NCBI RefSeq assembly: GCF_001545095.1
Contig: NZ_CP013213.1
Coordinates: 2,010,001 to 2,042,000, forward strand
Length of the DNA stretch: 32,000 nucleotides
Direction: 5' to 3'
DNA from: Erysipelothrix larvae
GTDB taxonomy: Bacteria; Bacillota_I; Bacilli_A; Erysipelotrichales; Erysipelotrichaceae
In this document: in pieces, positions 1 through 8,498 of the stretch
How positions within the stretch are numbered: the stretch's first letter is position 1
Layout of the letters: the number at the start of each line of letters is the position of its first letter
Translations under genes and position numbers: made by a program
The notes under the pieces: model-generated
What the model was told of the DNA's origin: nothing
The model's input: only the letters and a program-made list of their open reading frames with translations
The model's database searches: none

Positions 1-12
1 TTAGACGGGCTT

Positions 13-40
13 AAAAAAAACATCCACATGTATGAGGATG
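13..40 (-). terminator. Rho-independent terminator downstream of the HAD hydrolase gene
   Basis: The hairpin arms are CATCC (21-25) and GGATG (36-40). The A8 run at 13-20 is a T-run on the minus strand. It lies about 10 nt past the stop at 50-52. Confidence 0.6.
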
Positions 41-49
41 CTTATTTAG

Positions 50-835
50 TTAGATTAAGTTGAAGTATTTCAAGCCATTCACGATACCATCCGATTCTAC
101 GGATGAGGTCACGTGCGTTGCAACCTGTTTGAGTGCTTCATTGCTGTCTTGCATAGCGACAGAAGTTTTTACACTCATAAACATCTCGAGATCATTGGCT
201 TCATCACCAAAGGCCATGGCTTCATCTGGCGTTAGTCCAAGTTTTTTTAAGACATGTTCCACTGCAACGCCTTTGTTGATGTCTTTAAGGCAAATATCAA
301 AGGCATGCGGGCCGAATTTACGAATTGTTAGCTTTTCATCCAAATGATTTACATACTGTGCAACATCATACCCATTCCCTATTACTTGAAATACGTCATA
401 GTGCTTCAAATCCTCGATATGGTGGATGGTTTGTAGATCATCGCCCATAAAACTCAAGTCACTTTTAGGGGGGCCTATGCGATAGTCTCCTTTGGATGTT
501 TCAACAAAAATATTGAGGTCACAAACACCTTCAAGGACGTGAATTGCTTGGACTACCAATTCGTATGGAATCACATTGATATCGAGAATGGCTCCATGAT
601 GAATCACGATATTTCCATTTGAACAAATAAGGGTATCAATCTCTAAAATATCTTCAAATGGTTTCATACTTGCATAACTGCGTCCAGTTGCGATGGCCAC
701 CAAAACACCGTTTTCTTTGAGTTTATGAATGGCTTGTTTCGCACTGAATGGAATGCGTTCTAAAAAACCAAGCGAATGGTCTGCATTACTGGCAAGTGTG
801 CCATCGACATCAAAGAATACAATTTTTATGCTCAT
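50..835 (-). CDS. Cof-type HAD-IIB family phosphatase/hydrolase
   Basis: HAD motif I is present as FFDVDGTL and motif IV as FGDEANDLEM, with a Cof-like cap. I moved the start to the ATG at 835 (MSIKIVFF...), which forms an ATGA overlap with the stop of the upstream ASCH gene. Confidence 0.88.
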   Translation of the reverse strand: MSIKIVFFDVDGTLASNADHSLGFLERIPFSAKQAIHKLKENGVLVAIATGRSYASMKPFEDILEIDTLICSNGNIVIHHGAILDINVIPYELVVQAIHVLEGVCDLNIFVETSKGDYRIGPPKSDLSFMGDDLQTIHHIEDLKHYDVFQVIGNGYDVAQYVNHLDEKLTIRKFGPHAFDICLKDINKGVAVEHVLKKLGLTPDEAMAFGDEANDLEMFMSVKTSVAMQDSNEALKQVATHVTSSVESDGIVNGLKYFNLI

Positions 836-1179
836 GATTGCTCCTTTACACACTGTATTTCAATGGCCAATGCACCATAGGTTTCAATTGCTTCTTGAGC
901 ATAATAATGATACATATCACGATAATCACTGATTTCATCTTTTTTGTATCCCAAACGTGTTGGCTCATACGCTTCAAAGAGTTCTTTAAATGATTTAAAA
1001 GGGGTCAATGCAGTGACTGTTGCATTAAACCGTTCGCGTGTTGTGAGGTTTGTAAAGATAATGGTATCACCCACTTCAATGAGTTGGCGTTTTTCATCAT
1101 TGATTCTCATTTCCACATCTTTCATCCCTAAACGAATCATATCATACGCATCATTTTCTAGGTTCATTTTAATAATCAT
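832..1179 (-). CDS. ASCH domain-containing protein
   Basis: The protein is about 115 aa with an ASCH-like pattern (IRLGMKDVEMRINDEKRQLIEVGDTIIF...). An AAAGAGGTGA ribosome-binding site precedes the ATG at 1179. The ATG at 1203 sits too close to a TGgTATACT extended -10 element to be the start. Confidence 0.75.
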   Translation of the reverse strand: MIIKMNLENDAYDMIRLGMKDVEMRINDEKRQLIEVGDTIIFTNLTTRERFNATVTALTPFKSFKELFEAYEPTRLGYKKDEISDYRDMYHYYAQEAIETYGALAIEIQCVKEQS

Positions 1180-1358
1180 GGGGTCATCACCTCTTTTATC
1201 CATGTTCAGTATACCACGAGTTTCGCTTAAAATCTGTGGTGAGCATGATTTATAGGGGGTTATGTATCAACTTGGAAATCAGTTTCATAAAACACCACGC
1301 TCCATCGCTATCAAAGAAAATAAATGACCGTCATGGGGATATGATGGCCTAGCATACT

Positions 1359-3158
1359 TTATGTACACATTTGATTCAACCACTTGATGAAAGGTTGTAG
1401 GGATTTGGGTTTACTGAAGAAAAACCCTTGAAGATTCTTACATTTTAGTTCTTTTAAAAAGGTTCGATCTTCCAGTGTCTCCACCCCTTCCGCAACGGTT
1501 TGAACACCAATGTGACTGCACAAGTCAAAGATGGCTTGAGTCAGTCTTCGTTTGTAATTTTGATCATGGATCCCTGTAATAAACATCTTGTCAATCTTCA
1601 CGATATCCACCTCAAAATCGGATAAAAATGAAAGGGAGGATTCACCTTTTCCAAAATCATCCAAAGCCAATCTAAAGCCGATTTGCTTCAGTTGTTTACA
1701 GATTGATTGGGTTTTAGATACGTTATTCATCGCAACACGCTCCGTAATTTCAAACACAACATCTTTGGGATCAATGTGATATTGATGAGCCAGTGATTTC
1801 ACAATCTCTACAAAGTTTGGATCTTCAATTTGCTTGCCTGATAAATTGATGGACATATAGAAATCCTGTTTCGTGGATCGTTTTTTGATGTGTTTCATAT
1901 CATGAAATACATGTTCAATAATCCAATTTCCTAAAGGAATCATCAGGCCTGTATTCTCAGAATACGATATGAATTCATGGGGGGATACAAACCCCAATTG
2001 ATCGTGATGCCAGCGAATTAGCGCTTCTGCACCCACTGGACATTCGTTTTCATTATCAACAATAACTTGGTAGTGCATTTCAAATTCATCATTTTCGATA
2101 GCGGTTTGGATTGCATCCCCCAACAAGAGCCGACGGATTGCTTTCTCATTGAGTAAGGCATTACTGAATTGGATGAAGTGGTTCTCTGCATGTTTCGCAG
2201 CATTTAATGCAATCTCTGCACTTCCGATGATATCATCCACAGTTTGTCCATCATCTGGATAAAGACTAATGCCAAATGAAGGACTCATTTCAACAAGTTT
2301 GTCATAAATTTCAAAAGGTTTTTCAAAGCATACATACACATCGTCAATCATGGTTGTGATGACTTCATGTGCTTCAATGTGATCAATGAATACCGCGAAT
2401 ATATCATTTCTAAATCGATAGATCCGTGCCCGTGAACCTACAGCATTCTCAAGTCTTCGTGCGATTTCTTTTAACACTTCATCACCACTGCGATACCCAT
2501 AGCACAGGTTCACTTCGTGAAAGTAATTCATGTTTAAAAGAATCAAAGCATGTTTCATTTCTCGTTTGTTTTTTTCAGTTAATAAGTAATTAATATCTTG
2601 TCTAAGTTGTTGTTGGCTTGGTAAATCAGTGAGTCCGTCAACATATAATCGTTCATTAAATGTGTGTTGGATATGGTTGCGATACGACATATCAAATACG
2701 ACGGATGCATAGCCATAGGGTTCACCTTCGTGGTTACTTACGGATGATATGCGCATCCATTGATAGTAGATTTCACCATTTTTTCTGCGATTCCAGATTT
2801 CACCTTCCCAGGTTCCATGTGAAAGAATATCCGCCCACATTGCTTCATAAAACAAGTGGTCTTGGTGACCAGATTGTAGTATTTTCATGTTATGTCCATG
2901 AAGTTCTTCACGGCTATATCCAGTAATGACATGCACTGCAGCGTTGGTCCATGTGATCACGCCCCTTAAATCCGTAACATAGATTCCCAACGGACTATGG
3001 TCAAGCAGATACAAAACACCCGCTAAATGATTTCTCATAACTGAAGTATCATGGCGAAAATCTTGGAGTGTTTGATACTCTTGGATCACTTTGAGCTCGT
3101 CAAAGGGCTCACTACCACCATAGAACAAATTTCTTGAATTGCGATTTCTATTTTTCAT
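1359..3158 (-). CDS. PAS - degenerate GGDEF - EAL protein (probable c-di-GMP phosphodiesterase)
   Basis: A PAS-like segment is present (GVITWTNAAVHVITGYSREEL...). The GGDEF position reads RFRNDIF. The EAL motifs are intact: EALIRW, FEITER, DDFGKG, VKIDK, AEGVET, QGFFFSKP. The ORF in the track opens at a TTG at 3197; the ATG at 3158 with a GAGGA ribosome-binding site is preferred. Confidence 0.9.
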   Translation of the reverse strand: MKNRNRNSRNLFYGGSEPFDELKVIQEYQTLQDFRHDTSVMRNHLAGVLYLLDHSPLGIYVTDLRGVITWTNAAVHVITGYSREELHGHNMKILQSGHQDHLFYEAMWADILSHGTWEGEIWNRRKNGEIYYQWMRISSVSNHEGEPYGYASVVFDMSYRNHIQHTFNERLYVDGLTDLPSQQQLRQDINYLLTEKNKREMKHALILLNMNYFHEVNLCYGYRSGDEVLKEIARRLENAVGSRARIYRFRNDIFAVFIDHIEAHEVITTMIDDVYVCFEKPFEIYDKLVEMSPSFGISLYPDDGQTVDDIIGSAEIALNAAKHAENHFIQFSNALLNEKAIRRLLLGDAIQTAIENDEFEMHYQVIVDNENECPVGAEALIRWHHDQLGFVSPHEFISYSENTGLMIPLGNWIIEHVFHDMKHIKKRSTKQDFYMSINLSGKQIEDPNFVEIVKSLAHQYHIDPKDVVFEITERVAMNNVSKTQSICKQLKQIGFRLALDDFGKGESSLSFLSDFEVDIVKIDKMFITGIHDQNYKRRLTQAIFDLCSHIGVQTVAEGVETLEDRTFLKELKCKNLQGFFFSKPKSLQPFIKWLNQMCT

Positions 3159-3364
3159 TCTATCCTCATAAATAATTTTTATTATTCCACCACTCAATTA
3201 TAGCTTAATGCGTTGAATAAACAATAAAAAATGTATCATAATTTGAAATTAATTTCACATTGAAACGTTTCTTTGCGAACTCTTTTTACCCTTCCACAAA
3301 AAAATATCACTTCCCTCGATATATCAGCTTTTGGTCCTTATAATAAAGCTAAGGAGGACCTTTT

Positions 3365-3793
3365 ATGAGTTCAATGGTATTTGTGAATTTACCCGTGCAA
3401 AACCTCGCACGGTCCGTATCCTTTTACACGCATTTGGGATTTAAGTTAAACCCTGATTTTTCAGATGACCATGCTGCTTCAATGGCATGGGATGATCATT
3501 TTGTTATTATGCTTCTTACCCATGATTTTTACCAACGTTTCATTGGCGATAAAGCCATTGCCAATACCCAAACACACAGTGCTGCATTAATCTCCTTTTT
3601 AATGGACAGTGCAGAAGGGGTGAAAGCGTTTGGTCAAAAAGCGGTTGAACATGGAGGCAGCGTCTATCGCATTGACTCAGGAGTATCTGAGGATGTGATG
3701 TTTGGACTTGAAGTCTGTGATCCTGATGGAAACATTCTTGAACCAACGTGGATGAAACCTTTTGAGACTGTTGATGCGGGTGCATCGATTTAA
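3365..3793 (+). CDS. VOC (glyoxalase/bleomycin-resistance/dioxygenase) family protein
   Basis: The 142-aa protein has a VOC-like N-terminus (VNLPVQNLARSVSFYTHLGF). An AAGGAGGA ribosome-binding site lies 6 nt upstream of the ATG and a terminator follows the gene. Confidence 0.8.
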   Translation: MSSMVFVNLPVQNLARSVSFYTHLGFKLNPDFSDDHAASMAWDDHFVIMLLTHDFYQRFIGDKAIANTQTHSAALISFLMDSAEGVKAFGQKAVEHGGSVYRIDSGVSEDVMFGLEVCDPDGNILEPTWMKPFETVDAGASI

Positions 3794-3823
3794 AAAAACA
3801 CTTCAATTGAAGTGCTTTTTTTT
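3792..3823. terminator. Bidirectional rho-independent terminator between convergent genes
   Basis: The palindrome CACTTCAATTGAAGTG spans 3799-3814. It is flanked by A7 (3792-3798) and T8 (3816-3823). Confidence 0.85.
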
Positions 3824-4736
3824 ACAAGTTTTCGTTTATGATAAAGACACTACGCCCTGATGTATGTTGCGTTTGCACAAATCGATGGGCTTCTTGTGCT
3901 TGATCAAGTGTGAACTTACCTGTGACCTTTACTTTCAGTCTACCATCCGCTAAATAACCGGTAATTTCATCCAACAACTGTTTGGAATCTTTAGGATACG
4001 ATGGGATTTTTACCCCAAAGCTGGGGCCATCATAATTTGCTAAAGTGCGGATTTTAAGAGGTGTTTTGGCGATGGTTAGTAAGTCTTCCAGTTGTGTTCC
4101 AGATGTATCTACAATCCCATCAATACCGTTTGGAGCATGCGCATACACATCACGGACAAGGTGTTCACCATAGCGAATTGGTGTTGCGCCAAGCGATTGA
4201 ATAAGGGCTTGGTTTTTCTCACTACCATCTGCGATAACACTAAGGCCCTTTGCGATTGCCATTTGAATGGTTGCTTGACCCACACCACCCGATCCACCAT
4301 GAACAAATAAGGTGTTTCCCTGTTTTAAATCAAGTTCATTTAAAGCCCGCAATGCTGCATGGGCTGAAACCAAAACAGACCCTGCTGTTTCAAAACTCAC
4401 ATTATCGGGTTTATGGCTCCATTGGGATAACAACGCATATTCACACGCAGCACCCCCAAAGGCGAAGCCAAACACCGCGTCCCCAATCTTCGTATCCGTA
4501 ACCTGTGATCCCAGTGCATCAACAATCCCAGATGCTTCTGTGGATGGAATAATCGGTGCGTCAAGGGGGTGTCCTTTGGACATCATGCCTGAACGTTTCT
4601 TGACATCAAAGGGATTAATGCCTGCACACACAACTTTAATCCGTATTTCATGAGGACCACATACCGGAATCAATGCGTCATCAACACGTTTTAACACATC
4701 TGGATTCCCATAGTCTTTATATTGAACTGCTTTCAT
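3822..4736 (-). CDS. NAD(P)H-dependent quinone oxidoreductase, MDR/zeta-crystallin family
   Basis: The 304-aa protein has an MDR fold pattern and a GGSGGVG dinucleotide-binding motif. It lacks the zinc-ligand Cys cluster typical of zinc alcohol dehydrogenases. Confidence 0.85.
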   Translation of the reverse strand: MKAVQYKDYGNPDVLKRVDDALIPVCGPHEIRIKVVCAGINPFDVKKRSGMMSKGHPLDAPIIPSTEASGIVDALGSQVTDTKIGDAVFGFAFGGAACEYALLSQWSHKPDNVSFETAGSVLVSAHAALRALNELDLKQGNTLFVHGGSGGVGQATIQMAIAKGLSVIADGSEKNQALIQSLGATPIRYGEHLVRDVYAHAPNGIDGIVDTSGTQLEDLLTIAKTPLKIRTLANYDGPSFGVKIPSYPKDSKQLLDEITGYLADGRLKVKVTGKFTLDQAQEAHRFVQTQHTSGRSVFIINENL

Positions 4737-4900
4737 CCTGTTCCTCCTTGTTTATGCTCTTATTATAATCCACATAAAGACCCATGGGTATGAATACACA
4801 CTTTAAGTTTGTGAAAGGTCAAACGAGCGTTCACAGGGTACAAACCCAAACGTAAAGATTCTCATATGGTAAAATGAACTAAAGGAAGGATTGATTTAAC

Positions 4901-6037
4901 ATGTTTCTAAATGAAGAATTACTCAATGAAATACGCTCACGCGCTGCACACTATGATGCAACCAACAGTTTTCCACACGAAGACTTTACGGCCCTCAAAG
5001 ACGCAGGATACCTAAAGGTCTTAGTCCCCAAAGCGTATGGTGGCTATGGGCTGAGTTTAGCTGAGGTTGCAGCTGAACAAACTCGATTAGCACGCTATGC
5101 AGCAGCAACTGCACTGGCGATTAACATGCATCATGTGATTGTGGGAATGGCAAAACATATGGTGCGTCATGGGAATATGCAAGGCGTTCAAATCTTGGAA
5201 GATGCTGTGAATGGTGAACTATTGGCGTTTGGAATTTCTGAACCATCCAATGACAAAGTATTATTTGGTTCCATCAGTAAAGCAATCCAAGATGATCAAG
5301 GTGGATACCACTTTTATGGTCAAAAGGTCTTCATCTCCATGATCCAACAATGCACACGTCTGATTACTTTTGGTCAAGAAGACACTGACACGGGGCCATA
5401 CTCGATTTTTGCCTATCTCGATAACAACCCTGAAACACTCGTCGTGAATCCAAATTGGAATACCTTGGGCATGCGGGCAACACAATCACAAAATATCGAA
5501 CTAAAGGGTGCTTATGCTCCACAGTCGCGTATCCTAACAAAAGTGTCACCTGGTCCAAGTTTTGACCCTGTGATTTTTGGAATCTTCGCAAACTTTGAGA
5601 TTCTTTTAGCGGCTACCTATCATGGCATCGGAAAACGTGCCCTTGAATTAGGGGTTGAAATCAGCGCTAAACGTCACAGTGTATCCAATAACACAACGTA
5701 TGATCAAGATAAAGACATTCGGTGGCGAATTGCGGATGCGGCAATTGCCGTAGATAGTGTTGAACTTCAAATTGAAGGGCTCTCACATAAATTCGAATCA
5801 GACTTTGATTATGGCAGGTTTTGGATGCCAAAACTCTCAGCTGTGAAAAACAATGCAGTGGAAACATCAAAGATTGCAGTTGAAGCAATAATCCGTGCGT
5901 GTGGAGGACGTGCTTACTATAATGATCAGGAACTCTCGCGTTTATTAAGAGATGTTTATGCCGGACTCTTCCAACCATCAGATCAAGAATCACTCCATGG
6001 TGCATGGGCAGCTACCTTATTGGGACCCATAAAATGA
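4901..6037 (+). CDS. Acyl-CoA dehydrogenase family flavoprotein (function unknown; could be an ACAD-fold oxidase or monooxygenase)
   Basis: The 378-aa protein has ACAD-like N-terminal, middle and C-terminal regions (LVPKAYGGYGLS, FGISEP, TLGMRATQSQNIEL, RACGGRAY). An AAGGAAGGA ribosome-binding site precedes the start. Confidence 0.8.
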   Translation: MFLNEELLNEIRSRAAHYDATNSFPHEDFTALKDAGYLKVLVPKAYGGYGLSLAEVAAEQTRLARYAAATALAINMHHVIVGMAKHMVRHGNMQGVQILEDAVNGELLAFGISEPSNDKVLFGSISKAIQDDQGGYHFYGQKVFISMIQQCTRLITFGQEDTDTGPYSIFAYLDNNPETLVVNPNWNTLGMRATQSQNIELKGAYAPQSRILTKVSPGPSFDPVIFGIFANFEILLAATYHGIGKRALELGVEISAKRHSVSNNTTYDQDKDIRWRIADAAIAVDSVELQIEGLSHKFESDFDYGRFWMPKLSAVKNNAVETSKIAVEAIIRACGGRAYYNDQELSRLLRDVYAGLFQPSDQESLHGAWAATLLGPIK

Positions 6038-7440
6038 TGACACTGAGAAGCCTTGTTAGTAAGCTTTCATCACACAGCGTGACACCCTATGACCTTGTAA
6101 AGCAGGCCATTGAAATCATTGAACGTGAAAACCCTAAGGTTAATGCTGTTGTATCGACACGCTTTGAAGCGGCATTAGCTGAATCAAAACGGGATTATTC
6201 AAACACACTGTATAAAGGAATTCCTATTTTGATCAAATGTTTGGGACAGGATTTAAAGGGTGAACCCAGTACCAATGGTGCTGTGTTATTGAAGGATATG
6301 GTTTCCAATCAAAGCAGTTATTTTGTCCAAAAACTTCAAGACTTAGGGTTTATTATAGTGGGACAAACCAATGCTCCTGAGTTTGGATTCAAGAACATTA
6401 CAGATCCTGTTTTGTATGGTTCAACACGGATGCCAACACACTATGACTATACACCTGGTGGGTCAAGTGGTGGGAGTGCCAGTGCATTAATGGCTCAGAT
6501 GGTGCCTGTTGTAGGAGCCAGTGATGGTGGAGGATCCATACGCATCCCTGCAAGTTACTGCGGGCTTGTTGGACTCAAACCTACGCGTGGAAGTATGCCT
6601 GTTGGCCCTCATGGTTATCGAAGTTGGCAAGGTGCCGCCATCAATTTCTTTTTGACTCACACTGTGGAAGATTGTGAAAGCCTCTTTAATGCCATGAAAC
6701 AAACCCAAATTGAAGCACCGTTTCCTTATGTTGAAAAACCCAACCTCAATAAGACACTGACCATTGCCTATAGTCTACAATCACCAGTTGGTCTGGATGT
6801 TTCCCCAGATGCGCACGCTGCCCTTTTAAAAACCATCCAACATCTTAAGGATTTAGGACACATACTGGTTGAAGATACCCCAGATATTGATGGAAACCGT
6901 TTGATGGAAACGTATTATCAAGTCAATGGGGTTGAAACCGCCGCAATGTTTCGCTCACTTGAACACATCTTTCAAAAACCAATCACAATCGATGATATGG
7001 AACTTACTTCATGGGTGATGTATCAATATGGCAAAGACTTAAGTGGGGTTGACGTAGTGGATGCACTCAGCTTTTGGGACCAGTGCAGTGTTATCATGCA
7101 TGCATTTCATCAAACTCATGATTTGTATTTAACCCCAACGACTGCCACAACAGCGCCAAAAATTGACACAATCTATCAATCACAAGCATGCTTAAACAAA
7201 ATGAAGCACATTGAAAAAGATCCGCATAAATATGCGGTCTTATGGGACATGTTTGAGCGGTCTTTAGCAAATACACCCTATACCATGCTTGCGAATATCA
7301 CGGGTCAACCGGCGATCAGTTTACCCTTATATCAAAACGCTAAAGGGTTTAATTTGGGATCTCAGTTTATGGCATCAAAAGGAAACGAAGCGCTCTTGTT
7401 TATGATTTCCAAACAACTCGAACCCTATTTTATAACTTAA
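6034..7440 (+). CDS. Amidase (amidase-signature family)
   Basis: The amidase signature is present as GGSSGGSASALMAQMVPVVGASDGGGSIRIPASYCGLVGLKPTRG. The ATG at 6034 overlaps the TGA stop of the preceding gene (ATGA). Confidence 0.9.
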   Translation: MMTLRSLVSKLSSHSVTPYDLVKQAIEIIERENPKVNAVVSTRFEAALAESKRDYSNTLYKGIPILIKCLGQDLKGEPSTNGAVLLKDMVSNQSSYFVQKLQDLGFIIVGQTNAPEFGFKNITDPVLYGSTRMPTHYDYTPGGSSGGSASALMAQMVPVVGASDGGGSIRIPASYCGLVGLKPTRGSMPVGPHGYRSWQGAAINFFLTHTVEDCESLFNAMKQTQIEAPFPYVEKPNLNKTLTIAYSLQSPVGLDVSPDAHAALLKTIQHLKDLGHILVEDTPDIDGNRLMETYYQVNGVETAAMFRSLEHIFQKPITIDDMELTSWVMYQYGKDLSGVDVVDALSFWDQCSVIMHAFHQTHDLYLTPTTATTAPKIDTIYQSQACLNKMKHIEKDPHKYAVLWDMFERSLANTPYTMLANITGQPAISLPLYQNAKGFNLGSQFMASKGNEALLFMISKQLEPYFIT

Positions 7441-7441
7441 T

Positions 7442-7480
7442 AAAAGGATGTTTCACCTTATTGTGTGAAACATCCTTTTT
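7442..7480. terminator. Bidirectional rho-independent terminator
   Basis: A 15-bp stem pairs AAAAGGATGTTTCAC (7442-7456) with GTGAAACATCCTTTT (7465-7479). It sits between the convergent amidase and lipoprotein genes. Confidence 0.9.
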
Positions 7481-7490
7481 AACACCTGTC

Positions 7491-8009
7491 TTATTCAACC
7501 GTAATGTCGCCAGTTACTTCAGCGCCTTTACTTTCTTTATCTAAATCTGAAGATGCTTTATACGCATCGCTGGCAAAGACGATATTTCCATCTACTTTTG
7601 TACCATACAACGCAAAACCATCGGCATTGACATAAATGTCACCTTTGACTGTACCATAGAAAATGGTAAAGTTTTCTGAATTCACCACAAGTTTTGGTGT
7701 TGTGAGTGTAAAGTTATCAATAACGTTGTAAGCATCATCTTGGGTATGTAATGCGAGTTTACGATAGATATCCTTTGATTCTTCGTTTGATTGGTGGAAT
7801 GTTCCATCAACAACAAGCTCATCGGTAAATGTCACATCAGCGGTAATTGCTGTAATCCAGTTCCCTTCAGCACTTAATGATTTCTTGACAACCGTGGCAT
7901 CATTGGTCACAGATGCTGTCGAATTTGCATCGGGTTTTTCTGAATCACCTGAGTTGCCACACGCAACCAATGCAAATAATACAACTAAAATACTCAAATA
8001 CTTTTTCAT
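7491..8009 (-). CDS. Lipoprotein of unknown function
   Basis: The signal peptide carries a lipobox (MKKYLSILVVLFALVACGNSG). The mature part is predicted beta-rich and I did not recognise a catalytic motif. Confidence 0.75.
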   Translation of the reverse strand: MKKYLSILVVLFALVACGNSGDSEKPDANSTASVTNDATVVKKSLSAEGNWITAITADVTFTDELVVDGTFHQSNEESKDIYRKLALHTQDDAYNVIDNFTLTTPKLVVNSENFTIFYGTVKGDIYVNADGFALYGTKVDGNIVFASDAYKASSDLDKESKGAEVTGDITVE

Positions 8010-8141
8010 AAGTACTCCCTTCTTGGTATACCTATAAATTACGCTTATAATTGAAATATTTCAAATGATATGAACATAACATCGTGAACCCAGAATAAAA
8101 AAGTGACAGATTTTGGCTAAAATGATTGAGTTATCAATCCT

Positions 8142-8438
8142 TTATCCCTTCAATCGATGGTTGGCTAAGTTAACACAGCCATTGGGTAAAAACGTGATGT
8201 GTTCTTGAAGTAAAAGGGTGTATTGTTCATCCCATCCAGGCACCAATCGTCCGTTGTGATTCACAACACGATGGCATGGATAATCACCATACATCGATGC
8301 GTGTGAGAGAATTTTCCCAATGAGTCGTGCGTTTTTGGGTGCCCCTGCACGTTTCGCAACATCCCCATAGGTACTCACATACCCACGTGGTATTTCTTCT
8401 ACGATGGCTAACACAAGATACACAAACAGCTCATCCAT
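8142..8438 (-). CDS. MGMT-family (methylated-DNA-protein-cysteine methyltransferase DNA-binding domain) protein
   Basis: A PCHRVV active-site-like motif is present in a protein of about 98 aa. A GAGGTG ribosome-binding site lies 6 nt upstream of the ATG at 8438; the ORF in the track opens at a GTG at 8447. Confidence 0.8.
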   Translation of the reverse strand: MDELFVYLVLAIVEEIPRGYVSTYGDVAKRAGAPKNARLIGKILSHASMYGDYPCHRVVNHNGRLVPGWDEQYTLLLQEHITFLPNGCVNLANHRLKG

Positions 8439-8498
8439 GATCATCACCTCATGTGTTAAGTATAACAGATGATTGTCGTGAAGTGGTTCGATCGTGAT

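Noticed and set aside
60-347. A 95-aa plus-strand ORF antisense to the HAD hydrolase gene. Similar antisense or out-of-frame ORFs in the track include 729-932, 944-1255, 2660-2926, 4312-4653, 5667-6005, 20003-20314, 20765-21016, 23618-23896, 24894-25181, 29676-29972 and 30977-31501.
   Set aside because: Each lies entirely inside, and antisense to or out of frame with, a CDS supported by strong family motifs. None has a ribosome-binding site. The translations are low-complexity or Ser/Leu/Cys-rich, as is typical of shadow frames.
3159-3197. N-terminal extensions suggested by the ORF track for several genes: TTG at 3197, 853, 1203, 6004, 8447, 10679, 14071, 19371, 19503, 22546, 23740 and 25268.
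   Set aside because: In each case an internal ATG with a well-spaced GGAGG-type ribosome-binding site, a signal peptide or lipobox beginning there, or an ATGA/overlap coupling to the upstream gene gives a better start. The extensions add non-conserved residues.
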